Shown here piece by piece: positions 36,952 through 50,362 of a DNA stretch of 64,000 nt. A model generated the notes under the pieces. It saw only the letters and a program-made list of their open reading frames with translations, ran no database searches and was not told where the DNA came from. The stretch's first letter is position 1. The number at the start of each line of letters is the position of its first letter. Source of the DNA: Anthoceros angustus (lineage: Eukaryota > Plantae > Anthocerotophyta); contig VJWM01000202.1 of the NCBI GenBank assembly GCA_010909165.1, forward strand, positions 124,001-188,000. The letters are read 5' to 3'. Made by a program: the position numbers and the translations under genes.

Positions 36952-39900
36952 ATGAGTCAGCAGCAAGTGCAGCAGAGGCCTTCTGCTGCAAATGGCCTGG
37001 GGCGTCGTCGCAATGATCGTGATGTCGCCAATCGCCTTGACACCGCTTTTCGGTCTGATTCTCAGAGCTGGAGGTCGTCTCAACCAGTAAAGCTAACTGC
37101 TGGCCCCTCTACGACCAGTCACGGTCATGGTCAGTTGCAATCTAGTGGAAGCAGTCAGGGTCATGGCCATTTTCAACCTTCTGGAAACAGCCACGGTCAT
37201 GGCCAATTTCAACCCACTGGAAGCAGCCAAGGCCATGGCCAGTTGCAACCTACTGGAAGCAGCCACGGTCATGGCCAGTTGCAACCTACTGGAAGCAGCA
37301 GAGCCTCTGCAGAGAAGGACGGCGGCTCTGAAAGTGGCAGCAGGAGTGGAGGCAGTGATGCTGACGCTCACCGTGTGGCATTTGTGCACTATTGTAATTG
37401 CCTCATTGGCCAACATGTAGAAGTCCATCTGAAGAATGGGCGAGTCTACACTGGCATCTTTCATGCTGCCCAGTTAAATAATGGAGATTTTGGTGAGTAT
37501 CTAGTTGGTAGTGGGTTTTGGCTAGTGGAACAAGTGTGGGAACTTCTTCCTTACACAAGGTTTGGCTGTGCTGATGCACACGTCTGATGTTTTTGGCTGG
37601 CTGATTTTTGCTGTAACACACTGTTGATACCGAGGTGCTCTGTGCTCGATGCTGTGGGCTGTAGGTGTCGTGTTGAAATTTGCACGAATGATCAAGGACG
37701 CCACAGTGAAATCTGGCAAGGGCTCAGGGGCTGTCCCTGCAAGAAAGCCTCCAATCAAGACACTTGTTGTTTGTGCTGAAGAGTTTGTCCAAATAGTTGC
37801 CAAGGTACTGACGTCTAGATTCTTATGTTGGAAAGTAAGTCATGAACAGCACAGTTCTAAGTAAGATCATTTCGTGTCCACAGGACGTGTCAGTTGTTGG
37901 TGACTCTACACCGAATGGTCGTGTCCGGGATAACAAATTTGAAATGGTAACCGACTCTAACCTAGCGGCAGGAAAGACCAAGGAGTTGGAGCGTGAGCTC
38001 AAACCCTGGCAGCCAGATGAGGAGGCCCCGAGAAACTTAGCTTTGGATACCACTTTTCAGAGTCCATGGAACAGGTATAATGGTGCATGAACTCTGTCCT
38101 TTTGCGGTAAGATTGTTGTGGATGAGCTTCATTCTTGATACATAGATCTCCAGCTCGTTTCGCTATCTGTTATGCATGATGGGTTAGGCGACTGCAGATT
38201 ATTAGTTAGGGACTTGGACAATTGTCATACTACAGTGCAGACAGACAACCATAGTATGTCTGTCCGTGCCTTTCTGTTGTGAACTTCAGGAGCACAAGAA
38301 GCATGCTCCACATTTGTTTACTGCTTGAAGTGTTCGCCTGACTCTCACTCATGCTGGTGTCTGAGTCAGCAGATGCTTGTTCTGTGCAGAAACTGGGATC
38401 AGTTTGAGACCAACAAGGCTCTGTTTGGAGTGGAAACCACTTTTAATGAGGAGCTTTACACCACTAAGTTGGAAAGAGGTTCACACATGAGGGAGAGGGA
38501 GAAGGAGGCTCAGAGGATTGCCAAGGAAATTGAAGGGACTTCGACTAGGAATTTACATGTGGCGGAGGTTAACATCTTTGTGTTCATGCCCAAAGCAGAC
38601 ACCTGACAGTGTTTGTTGCTACAACATGATATTGACAGCAATGTGTCCATTGTTCCAGGAAAGGGGTGCACGATTGACTTCAGAGTTAGATGGGCTTGAT
38701 GAAGAAAGTAGGTTCTCATCAGTTCTTCGAGGAAGTGAGAACAGGGATACGGGTGAGGATGATGAAGACAGGGAAATCGACGGTTGCAATCAAGAGACTT
38801 TTGGGGTATCCACTGGGTCATATGAGAATTCAATGAGTCAACCTGTTGCCCAGGAGTCTGAAAATAGAGGCAGCAGACCATCCTCCGCTGATTCAGCACA
38901 GGTAAACTTGGGTGTTCTTTTTCATGCAACATGGAGCTTTGTTGATCGTACTCTCTTGTTTTGGGTTTTGTATCCATTCAAATCTCATCAAATCCAGCTG
39001 CTCAAGATCTTCTCAATTGCTTTATGCTCTGGACGAGCAGCAAAGCACCAGCATGTGTGGCATACATATTAATCATTGTTTAATTTGAGGCCCAGGCAGA
39101 GAAACACCCTTCCCATGAGCATTTGCAGGCTGTGATTCAGCCTTGCCGCACAGGACTCCTTTTTGGATGTTCCAGCTGCCTGCTGTCCAAATTTTGGGAA
39201 GCAGCTCATCGTGGTCAAACCCAGAACTCTGTTCTCGATCTCTTGGACTCTCAGGAGCCAGTGGATGTTTGTTGAAATGGTCATGGTCAAACTGGTCCTG
39301 CTCCACGAGCCCGCGCTGTCCGCCTTCATAACCCTTCAGCGTACCAGCCTATGGGGACAGAAGGAATAGTTCTGAGTGTCTGTCGTGAGGAAATAGAAGG
39401 GATAGTGGATTTATCTTCTTGTTAGCTGCTGAACTTTTCTCTAGTCCAGCCTGATCTGGAACTGCAAGGTATGTTGTACTCCTTTTCCGCAGACCTCAAA
39501 TGGGGCAGCGAACAGGGATCCGTTGGTGTCATTGCGAGACAGGAGGACAGCATCTATAGAGAAAGGCGAGATGGCGGCACTTGATAGCTTGGCAGACACT
39601 CACAGGGAGCATTTGAGACTGCGGCATCTTCTTGTTGGCGACAACCGCAAGCGTGTTAAGGTAGCCAGCCCTTGGTATTGGGGAGGTCGCTGCTTTGGCC
39701 AGCCTGTATATTGCCAAAGGCTGCCTTGCAAGGGGGCTTTCATGATCGCAGTATAGGGTCAGTTTCAGGCTTTATGACTTCTATGTTGGCTAGATTTTCA
39801 AGCTGGACAGGCTGGTCCATAGATTTGTCGAGTTGGGTTTTTGGATTTCTTTTTCTTTTGCCTTAGAAGGTTGTCGGGAAGTTAAGCTTTCCCTCCCAGT

Positions 39901-42769
39901 GAGAACAATCCACAGAACCACCTGCGGAAAACTAGATCACCTTGTCACTTACTGAACGGTCATCTGTTCAGTGCTCAGTGCACCGACTGACCTGGTGGAG
40001 CATGGTCCATGTGTGCTGATTAAGCTCTTTCCTGATTGAATAGTTGGCTGTGAAATGTGTATGTTCATGTCCTCTCGTGATTGCAGGGACCAGGATCTCC
40101 TTATCACAGTGGACGAGCATCGCCATTAGCATCAACACTAGTGGGGGATGCAGCTGGTATTCAAGCTTTGAATCTGGACCCCAGCTGTCCTCAAGTTTCT
40201 GCGGACGTGATTAGGTCTGTGATATTTCATATATTACACGGGGATGGCTATTACTTGAGTACGGTGATGAGGGCAATTATAGTCCTTCCCAAATTCATGC
40301 CTGCTGTCCGCTGATGCTTTCAATCTCTTCTCCTAGATAGTGGCAGTGACCGTCATTGTCTGACCTTCAGGTGTATGGTTTCTGCGGTTGGTGATGGGGC
40401 TCTTGCAGGGATTTCCAGGAGTTCAAATTGCAGGAGAGTGCCAAGAAGGGTAGCAAGAAGCAACGGGAGGATCAAGTGAATGAGCTTAAATCTTTCAGTG
40501 AAAGTTTTAAAGACAGGACATACACTTCAGTGAGTGTATGTCTCCTTTCTTGCCTTCTCTCGATGTACAACGTGGTTTTTTACTCTTCGAACTAACTTAA
40601 CTATTAATACTCTTTACTTGTACAGAAGAAGGATGGGGAGCCTCGTTCTCCAAGGGCGCAATGTGAGTTGTTGAACTGCAATGTGATTATCCATTTCTAG
40701 AAGTAGGATGCTTGGCAACTCTGCTTTAACTTGTGCTTTTGGACCACTGCAGCCAAACATTCGGGTGATCCTGGAAGCAGGCACTCTTCTCATGAGAGTG
40801 GTGCCCGACCATCTTCATTTTCGGATAACAAGTCTGGACTTGGTCAATCCAGCAGTGCTGGCTTGTCCCATGGGACCTCAGGAACAACAGCTTATGCTCA
40901 ACCTTCACAGTCTGGGCCTGCGGAAGCAAGTACACCATCACAGGCTAGTGTTGGTCCAACCACTGGCAAGGCGGCCACTAGCAGTCAGACAAGTATCTCA
41001 TCTGCCACGCTAACAGGGTTGCAACCTTTTGGATCTGGGGCATCCACGAGTACGTCATCGTCCGGAGTTATTCCTGCAGTTCACCAGCCCAGCAACCCCT
41101 CCACTACAGCTAGCAGTGGAGGGCAAGTCTCTGCCGGGGCAGTTCCAGCTGCATTGTCTGCGCCTGTAGCTCACTCTGTTCCAGCACCTCTATCAATACC
41201 TAACGGTACAGGTTCAGTTGTTGGGTCAACCACTGTGTCTCCAGCGTCATCGGCTTCATCGGCATCTTCTGGGTCCTCAAGCTCTCTAAAGAAGTCCACT
41301 CTCAATCCCAACGCCAAGGTTGGGGGTGATCATGTTCCTTCTAACAGATTTCGTATCCCAGATATCGTGTTAAATTGTCCTATGCTTGTGACAAAAGTTC
41401 TGAGCTAGACGACTTCTCCCTGATGTGGCTGATGTGTGCTGGGCAGGAATTCAAGCTCAATCCAAACGCAAAGGTCTTCACTCCAAGCTCAACCTTCAAT
41501 TCCCCACGGCCTCCGTCACCCTTGATGGGTGCTGGCCAGGTTTACTTGCAGGCTGGTATCCCTGCGGTATCACCTCTTCCAGCAATGTCTGTTGGAGTAA
41601 ACCTGAACCAGTACATGCAGCAACAGGGTGGACAGCCCGCTCAATATGCTCAGTATGGGAATGGCCTCGGTGCTGGTTCTGGGTCATATTTGCAGCAACC
41701 CCCCACTGCCTACGTTCCTGGGGTTCCCGGAGCAGGAGGACCTCCGGTTCTGCCAGGGCAACCCAGCATTAAGCTTCCGGCTCACTCGCAGCAGCAGGTT
41801 TGTCCTGTTCTACTGGTTTGTCACTTCAGTGCCTATGTGCCACCGAGGTGACCATTGATCTCCCATATGTGCTTGCCAGCAGACCTTTGCTTCCTTTCTT
41901 CCGTTTGTCCTTGAGTCTGCTTCACCTATCTTACGTTGTTCTGGATTATGTTGTCTTGGATCATCTGCAGCTGTACGCGCAACCACTGCGGTATCCCCCT
42001 CAAGGTCCGCCCATGCAGCCAGGACCGGCCTACATTCAGCCGAATGGACAGCTGGTAAGTGCTGGTAGAAGGCATATTCTTTGCAAGCATTGTGAAGGAT
42101 TTCTAAGGGCCTATTAAATGTTACGTTGGTTGCAGTATCCGCAGCAATTGATGTACAGTCAGCCTCTAGTATACTTCCAATATCCGCAGCAGGTTAGAAC
42201 TGTGCCCAGGCCCAGGGTTTACTGTTGTGATCTTTTACAATCTTTTCACTTACACAAGGTCTGTGTGGTCTGTCTAGTCCATGGATTAACCAATTGAACT
42301 GTAGCAGGGTATGATACCGGGCCAACCAATGCAAGGACAGCCAGTGCCCCCTCAACAAGGTCCTCAACAAGCGCAGCAGCAGAAACATCGAGGTTTGTTC
42401 TCCAGTGCCCTAGATACCCAGAGGCCCCTGCCGCACCTCATCCGCACTCTCTTCTGATCCAATCCATGCACGCAACCTGCAGGGGGAGGAGGCGGAGGGA
42501 TGCAGGGCATGCACTACACCGGAGCGCCGCCTTACTTACCAGGCCAGCCGCACCACATCGCCCAAACCCAACAGATCTCTCACATCCACAACTCCTTGCA
42601 ACAGCCGTCACAGAGTGGACTATCTCCTGCGCCTCTGCCAGGCCCACAAGTGTCGCAGGGAGTCTCATCGGGAGCGGGTCCGGCAGGGCAATCAGTGGGA
42701 AACGGCGGTAGCGCCACCAGAACGGGCGGGAAGGCGGGGTCTGGCTCTGGCAGCTTCCAACAACAATAA
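36952..42769 (+). CDS. CID4: Ataxin-2-like PABP-interacting protein CID3/CID4 (SM-ATX, LsmAD, tandem PAM2), multi-exon
   Basis: [23 protein letters not shown]; [12 protein letters not shown]; [26 protein letters not shown]; [11 protein letters not shown]; [23 protein letters not shown]; Q/P-rich tail. Confidence 0.92.
37117..37296 (+). repeat. 36-bp coding repeat x5 (S[HQ]GHG[QH][LF]QP[ST]G[SN]) in the CID N-terminus
   Basis: Units start at 37117, 37153, 37189, 37225 and 37261. Confidence 0.92.
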
Positions 42770-44384
42770 CAGACAGTTTGTCCCTTTTGAAGAGGCACGC
42801 TTCATGCCTTTCTCCCTTCTGGAGATGTACCATTCATTGAGGAGACGATAGCGGAACCTCTCCTGCCGAGACTTCGTTCCTTGGCAAGCACCGAGAGAGG
42901 TTTCTGTCTCTCCTACTTCAAAATAAAGGCTGGTGCCTACCTACCCGACCAGACCCTCTCGTCCGAATCAAACTCGGCCCGTGGTTTATGGAGTCTACTA
43001 TTATGACTACCTATTATTTTATCAATTGTTATCATTAAATAGAACTTGATAAAATCTAATGATAAAACTTGATAATAGCTTTGTCAAAATGGGAAAGAAG
43101 ACTTTATTATAAAAAAGAGATGGAAAAACCATCCACCCCAAAAACAAAAGGGGAAAAACCCAACGAAGGGTACTATGCCAGGGAGACTAGACTAATGTCT
43201 TTGTCTGAAAGTACGTTGTGGGGGCACGCATTTTTATAGTGTGGTTCCCTCTTGTTCATTTGGATGCCGAGGAGCACGTTTCATTCACAAGGCCAAAAAC
43301 TTTAACCCTTATCAGTTTTATGGATAAACTCATTTGATCATAGTAATTATAGTAATAAATTATATCATAAATTATATCATTCACATACTGTTAAATTTTC
43401 CAACGCCAAGGTCCAACGAAAGGTGCTCATTGCTCATGCTTACAAATTGATTACTCTTCTTCGAAAATGGTTCAATTCAAGATTTATTATTACTTCAGTA
43501 ATAAACAATGTTCACAATAGTTCGACTTGAATTTGTCACATCATGTCTACGAAAGCGTCAAGTCACACCATGGTACAAGTTGTTAAGTACCAAGTCCCAT
43601 GACGGAAATCCATCCTTAGTGGACTTTAATATAATTCTTCTTCTTCTTCTTCATGGTATCCAATTTTTTGAAAAAAATAAGTTTCATTCTGAACATAATT
43701 CATCATGGTATCTAATTTGTTGAGAAAACTAAGACTCGTTCCAAGCATATTTCATAAATTTGCCAATGACACAGATGAACTACACGTGCACCTCTGATTT
43801 ATCGAAGTCCGTAGTCAAAGAGTGTGGCAGCGTATAGATGTTACAAATGCCCTTTGATAGGCTTGCTCCAAAAAGTCCAGTGTTCATTGCATACAGTTGG
43901 ATGGAATCTAATGATATAACTTTAATAAAATAGGAAATTGATTAACTATGTACTTCAGTATGTGGATCTTAGGCCAAAATGTTCTCTGGACGGAGTTGTG
44001 CTAGCTATATATGTAGTGTAGGGAAGTAGACACAAATGTGTTAGACGAGAGGAAGAAACAATCAACGAGGCACAAATCCCCTTGCTAGTTAGAAGAAAAA
44101 GAGGCAAGTTAGGGCCTCTCTTTGTTCGAGGTCCTTCCGTCGACCTTTCCTTCATCGCGCCACTCGGTCCCTGGCCACGCGGTCGCTGGCCATTTCGGTG
44201 GCAGACACTCTGTGCATACTGCAGCAGCACGGAGGGGAGCAGAAGCACGGCGGGAGCGGAGCAGTTGGAGTAGGGTCTGGTGGGGATCGATCGGGGGGGG
44301 TAGCGGGAAGCACAGGCACGGTCGGGGCTTCTCTCTCAGTGTAGAGCAGCGGGGCTGGTCCCTTGGCGTGGCCCAGACTGCATC

Positions 44385-45902
44385 ATGTCGGCCACCAGTG
44401 CCAACAGCAATCTCCCGCGTAGGATCATCAAGGTAGCGCTTCTCATCTGTCCTTGCTTCTGTTGCCGTGTTGCAAGGGAGGCCCTGCCAGCAGGGTGTGG
44501 GTGTGGAGGAATCCGCCTGTTGCAGTTGGTGCTCTTGCAGCAGCGGATCCTGTATGAGGCTTTCTGGTTGTGTTGCTTTCCGGTACGGGGGAAGGTTGTA
44601 GAAGCGGGTGGAATCGGGAATCCGTGCACGTGGCCAATTTCTGTATGCGGTGACTGACCCGTGCAATGGTTGTGGTCTGAATGGCAGGAAACACAGCGGC
44701 TGTTAAGCGAGCCTGGTACGATCATCCACCTGTGCCGGTTGTGAGTGAGTAGAGGAGTAGCGCCGACTAGTCTAGGCATTTCCATTCTGTTCGGGAGTTT
44801 TTGAACTAGGGCATGATCTGTGGTGATTCTGCCGGGTTGTGCATCCGGAATTGATGGTTGACTGCCGGTTTCATGGCTCAGCTCCTGGCATCAGTGCTTC
44901 CCCATCTGAAGAGAACCTGCGGTATTTCAATGTTATGATTCTGGGACCGACGCAGTCTCCGTATGAAGGTTTGTGGCTATTTGACGCTGTGATTCGCATT
45001 GAGCATACCCTAATGAGACGCTCATGAAGAAGGAAGCTCTCTGTGAGCGGGTACCTTTCGAGGTGTTGTGCTCGTAGTTGGACAATTCACCGTGGATTAT
45101 CTCGTGGGCCATCCGCTCTGTGGTCTTTATCTTGTGCACTGACGTGGAAATATTTTTGCTGATGACGAGAAGATCTGAGCGTGGGAGTTTGCACTTATCA
45201 GGTGGTGTGTTTAAGTTGGAGCTGTTCCTGCCGGAGGAGTATCCCATGGCAGCCCCGAAGGTACTGTCCTTTCATCGTTCTGGATTTTGTGGGCTGTGTT
45301 CTTTTGTTATCGGGTGTACATGTTTGACTGTCGATATGGACGTCTATGAGCAGGTTAGGTTCTTGACCAAAATCTATCACCCGAATATTGATAAGGTATG
45401 CCCCAGTTGAGATGTGTTGATTGCGCTCTGGCAAGTTATGTACCCCTGCAACAGGCTGTAGGTTAATCATGTGACAATTGTTTTTTGTTCGTCAAGTAGT
45501 TGGGGCGCATTTGCTTAGATATTCTGAAAGACAAGTGGAGCCCTGCACTTCAAATTCGCACAGTCCTTTTGAGGTGTGTGCCCCAGCGAAGTGGTCTCAT
45601 CTCTGTGTGTTTCGCATTTGAGGTTATTTTCCTTACGCTCAACCTGTCCCTCTCACAGCATCCAAGCGCTGCTGAGTGCTCCGAATCCCGATGATCCATT
45701 GGCTGAAAACATTGCAAAGCACTGGAAAACGAATGAAGCAGAGGCTGTGGCAACAGGTTGGCTTAATCGTACATGTTATATTAGTTTCATTTTGTTGAGA
45801 GGACGCCTTTCTTGAGGCAGACGGCCTGCCACATCACATCTGATTTGCGTCTGCCGTTTATCAGCAAGGGATTGGACACGACAGTATGCCAGTGGAGCCT
45901 AA
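44385..45902 (+). CDS. UBC13: Ubiquitin-conjugating enzyme E2 UBC13 (UBC35/36), 8 exons
   Basis: [21 protein letters not shown]; [58 protein letters not shown]; [13 protein letters not shown]. Confidence 0.97.
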
Positions 45903-46516
45903 CTTCTCCGGAGCATAGTTTCCAGGTAATATCTGTGCTGTAGACGTTTGCTGGTTTTACTACAATGGGATTCAAGAGGCTTTGGCGTGTGCTTGGCTGT
46001 ATACTTGTCGCAAGGTTAAGATTTCGTGTCTTACCAGGGATGTGAAGTGTGCTCAAATCTGGCTTGAGGATGTTTGGATATACCCAGCCGAGGAAGCTTG
46101 TGGCTGCTGGCGCCGGAATATGGATGGTGTTGGTATTGAAACCAACATATTATCATTTTGTTTGCAAGTTCTTCCGTTCCAAGCCTGAACAATAAGGGCG
46201 GGCCAAGGTATAAATAGCATGTCTCTAGAATTTTTCGAGGATCTCGTGTATTGTTCCCCTGTCTTTGGATATTCTCCATAGCCTTCTATTCATGGGTTAC
46301 TTCTTTCTGAAGCCGTTCTAGCCTCCCAGGCGAAGCTTCCCACAGGGAAGAGTGGTCGTTCTGTTGTCGTGCTCGTATATTATGAGGAAACACTGAATTG
46401 GCACTTAATCTTATACCTATTTTTTTTTAAATTTCAGCTGCTCTCTTGTCGGGATACATTTAAAGTTGACTCGTTAGAGTTTAGTAAAGTGTATATCCCA
46501 TCCCATGTTTTGTTCT

Positions 46517-46578
46517 CTTTCCATCAAACGCTTTCCATCAAACGCTTTCCATCAAACGCTTTCCAGAACGCTTTCCAG
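46517..46578 (+). repeat. 14-bp tandem repeat (ctttccatcaaacg) x~4
   Basis: Directly visible. Confidence 0.85.
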
Positions 46579-47649
46579 GGTGATAAAAGAATCTATGATA
46601 TATACGTATCTATATAAAATTCATGTATGAAGCTTTGATGCATGATGAGATAGGTTTTTCTAATATGTTAGCATGATCCCAATTAAATATGGATACTTCT
46701 ATTCCAATACAATAGATCTCCTTTATTTAGACCCAATGAACTAAACCCACACAGTAGCCAATGTCACAAACTGCCCGCACTAAGAATCCATCATAGTGGA
46801 TCATCCCATGCACGATAAAAGTACTTTTTAGATTCTACTTTTATCCTTAGAGTATTAAACATATCGACTTTCAATGTATGCACCTAAACTACCAGTGTCC
46901 AAAGATCTTGGACTATATGCACCTTGGGCTAAATATAGATGTCCTAGAGTGCATACATATATCCTAAAATTAAGAGAATCTACTTCAAGAAACTAAGGCT
47001 TGCACTTAATTTTGAAAAATGGAACTTCTTGAACGAGCACTTCACCTAAAACGTGAGGAAAATATAGTAATTGTGTGTCACGCAAATGCAGGAACTACAT
47101 TGGCCCTTTCATTTAAGATGAAGAGCATGTTGGCATTCTAAATTTCACACTTAATTTGATAGATGCAATTGCTCCTAATGTGCGACTCACCTAGCTCCAA
47201 ATATGCGCATCACCTTTAATGTGAGGGTAGCATAGTAATGCAGAGTAATGCAAGTTTTAAACATTCATTGAATCTTTAGAATAAGTTGGAGAAAGATATT
47301 CGTACAACTGTTCAAGTCCTCATCAACCTTCTATGTTGAAATACTTGCAAAAACACTAGAGTCAAACGCCTACATTATAGATGCTTAGATAACCTAATGA
47401 AAACCAATACAGAATTATAGAAAAAATAAAAGTAAAATAAAAAATGAAAGATGCATTGTGACTCAAACTATTGTGATTAGTTAAACAATGGATCTTGTGA
47501 TTAGTCATAGTAGACTAACCAGCAAGCCCCTTCACATACATTGATTGACAAAGACAAGTTAGCCATAGTAGACTAGCAAACCCTTGTTGTACACACACTG
47601 AATATGAAGATATTTAGTAATGTTTGAGTGGTCTCAACCAAACTATTCT

Positions 47650-48194
47650 CGGAGGAAATTCAAACGCTGGCGCGCAGCGAATCGCAACACATGACGTTGT
47701 CCGAGATGTCATGTTCTCAATGGCCAAAGAGAGCAGATTCTTTCTTTTCGTGGAGCGCCCATTTACATTACTCGAATTATGGCATTTCTCTCAAGGCTGA
47801 TTTCTTTTTGACCAAAGAGAATCATGTCTCTGTTGCAAATGTGGTTGTAATAGACCCTACTCGGGACACCCCCAACGAGCATGTCATCATCAACCCTCCG
47901 GACCGAGCAGCACAGGGATGTGCAAAAGCCAAGGTCCACACGTACACCTCATGCAGGAAGGGCATGTGTTCATTTCTCTTGCTATCGAGACTCATGGAAC
48001 CATGGGCAAGGATTTTTCAAAGTTTACCAAGGGATGTGCTAATGCTTACCACACCCGTTCCTACGGGTAGGTCTCCCCCTTTCCTATGTAGTGGCTTTCT
48101 TTCGGCAATGTCTTTCCATCACCTTACAGAGGGCGGTGGCAAAAGCAATTTTCATGACAACCTTGAATGCAAGAGACATCTTCAATTCCCGTGA
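47650..48194 (+). mobile_element. 3' relic of an RLE-type (CRE-like) non-LTR retrotransposon: restriction-like endonuclease domain
   Basis: Across frameshifts: GAQRIATHDVVRDVMFSMAKES; LKADFFLT...VANVVVIDPTR; AAQGCAKAKVHTY; FAIETHGTMGKD; FFRQCLSITLQRAVAKAI, i.e. an RHD, (P)D..D, K..Y, ETxG, LQR motif series. Confidence 0.7.
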
Positions 48195-48457
48195 TAAGTG
48201 GGCCCTTTCTTATTCCAAACTAAGATATTTTTAGGGTAAGTAGTTTCAGGATACCAAACCCTTTTGTTCCAAACTACGACATTTTTGGGGCAATAGGTAG
48301 TTTCAGGGTACCAAACCCTTGCGCACAATGAAAATGTGAAATCACTCGTTTTGTGTTTCATTGGTCTTAGACAGTGAAATAATAGTGCATGCGTACATTT
48401 TGGAACAAGGAATTTGGCGAGATTGGAACAAGGAATCGCCGTTGCATGTTGAACAAG

Positions 48458-48996
48458 TACAATCCACCCCCCTAATTGGGACTGGTTCGGAGTGCCTTTA
48501 GAGGTCCCATTAAGGGAGGTGTCCCGATTATATTTTCCCTATTTAATAGTAATAAAAATATTATAAAATTTAAAAATAAAAAACCCAGAAAAGGAAAATT
48601 TAAATTTTGATGTATGGGTTTCACTAAAAATAACTTTCACCACTTCTCTATATAGTTGTTTGAAAGCTAGCACTCTCTCTAAGCAACATCAAAAAACCTT
48701 TACCTATCATAAAGGAAAAAGCTTAGCTTAAGAGTCTTCAATCGCACCTAAAAGTTTATTGTGCTCTGAAATAATCGCTTCTTTTTTCTTTCTTTTTTTT
48801 AATTTTTCTTGGTAAAAAAAATTAGAAATTCTATTTAACGAGGTGAAACTAACATGAATGTATGTTTCAAAAGGTCCCAATTATCATTTAGGGAAAGTCC
48901 CATTTGTTACATTGTAAACTAAATGGAGTAGGATGGGAGGTCCCATTTAGAGAGAAATCCCATTTATAGAGTTCCCAATTAGAGGGGCCGACTGTA
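48458..48996. mobile_element. Tc1/mariner (pogo-like) MITE with TA target duplication
   Basis: Left end TA-CAATCCACCCCCCTAATTGGGAC; right end (reverse complement) TA-CAGTCGGCCCCTCTAATTGGGAAC; subterminal TCCCA(T/A)T repeats; AT-rich non-coding interior. Confidence 0.75.
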
Positions 48997-49138
48997 CGAG
49001 GGAACATTTATTGTAGTCCTAGGACCTGTAAATGACCGAGGACAAGGACAACGACCAAAGACAAAGAAGGAATCAACAACTGGAGCTGGTCCGTGCCGTG
49101 GTGGCGAGGACTCTTGGTGGTAGAGCGACATCGCGACA

Positions 49139-50045
49139 ATGGAGACAGCCGCCGGAAAGCTCAAGGAGGAGGTGTCCCTTCCGAGAGGTAAGTTGAACGT
49201 GTTCATTCGCTGTCGGGGTTTTACAATCTCTCTCACACCAGTGCTTGGGTACCAGCAACAATGACAAAAATTGTAAAAGAGATGTTGCCGCCTGATATGC
49301 GGGTAGCCAAGGATGCGCAAGAACTACTTGTGGAGTGCTGCGTAGGTAGAATGGTCGTTCCCTACGTGTTTTTGGCAAAGCCCTTCCTGCTGTTTGTCAG
49401 ATTTATCCTTCCGAGTGCTTCATTCTTTGCTGTGAAGTGAGTGCTCTCTCTGTTGTGTTTCACGTTCGCTAAGTCAAGGCACACGCTGGTTTTGCTCTCT
49501 CCTTCCCAGAATTTATCAACCTGATTTCGTCCGAGTCTAATGAGATATGCAACCGCGAAGAGAAGCGGACCATAGCTCCGGAGCACGTGGTGAAAGCCCT
49601 CGAGGTAGAATCACCAGCGCCTGCAGCCAAATTGTGGTGAAATCCTGTATTTCAATTGGCGATAACAGCGTGTGACAGTTTGGGCTTGCAGGAACTAGGA
49701 TTCGGGGAGTACATCCCGGAGGTTCAGATGGCTTACCAGCAGCACAGGACGGAAACCCTAGTGAGCATCGTTTTTCTCCCCAGTGTATGCCATGTTGCTT
49801 GAGGAAAGTGGAGTTTCATTGATGGAATTGTGATGAAAATTCTGTATCTACTCAATTGCTTCCAGGATTCCCCTAAAGCTAGTGCAAGATGGGCCAAGGA
49901 TGGGTGTGCCGGTGGCATGACAGAAGAAGAAGCTCTGGCAGCACAGCAGCGCATGTTTGCAGAGGCTAGGGCACGGATGAATAGCGGAGGAGCTGCTCCA
50001 CCACAACCACAGGGTGACGGAAATGGTCAGGGCTCTGACGAGTGA
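49139..50045 (+). CDS. DR1: NC2-beta / Dr1 histone-fold transcriptional repressor, 5 exons
   Basis: EEVSLPRATMTKIVKEMLPPDMRVAKDAQELLVECCVEFINLISSESNEICNREEKRTIAPEHVVKALEELGF; MTEEEALAAQQRMFAEARARMN. Confidence 0.95.
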
Positions 50046-50362
50046 AAGAGATTCTGCGGGCTCTTTGGTCTGACAGGTGAAGGCACTGTTGGGGCAGACG
50101 CTTGAAGGAACCGTTCTGGCTGTGAGGAGAGAAGGAGTGGTTCTAGATGTTGTGTGCTCTGAATTGCTTAAGGTACGATTGAAGGAATTGATCTGCGTGT
50201 TCTGCTCTGACAAAATGTTCAGGGTTATGACCAGTGAAGGAAACTTGCTGGGCCCTGACTAATGAAGGAAGTATTGAGGGCTCTGACGGGTGAAGGGAGT
50301 TCTAAGTGCTTTGACGAGTGAAGGAGGTGTTGAGGATTGTCACAAGTGAAGGAACTGTTGAG
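50031..50362 (+). repeat. Degenerate 28-bp minisatellite overlapping the NC2-beta stop codon and 3' UTR
   Basis: Consensus ggctctgacgagtgaaggaaxtgttgag; ~3 units at 50031-50120 and 5 units at 50223, 50251, 50279, 50307 and 50335. Confidence 0.8.

Noticed and set aside
39096-39275. Possible stop-containing (poison) exon in a long CID intron
   Set aside because: An AG acceptor is present, but there is no convincing donor or conservation evidence; needs RNA-seq.
43400-43900. Possible MULE transposase relic (HLCHWQIY on the minus strand) in AT-rich intergenic DNA
   Set aside because: Single weak motif, many stops, no matching TIRs.
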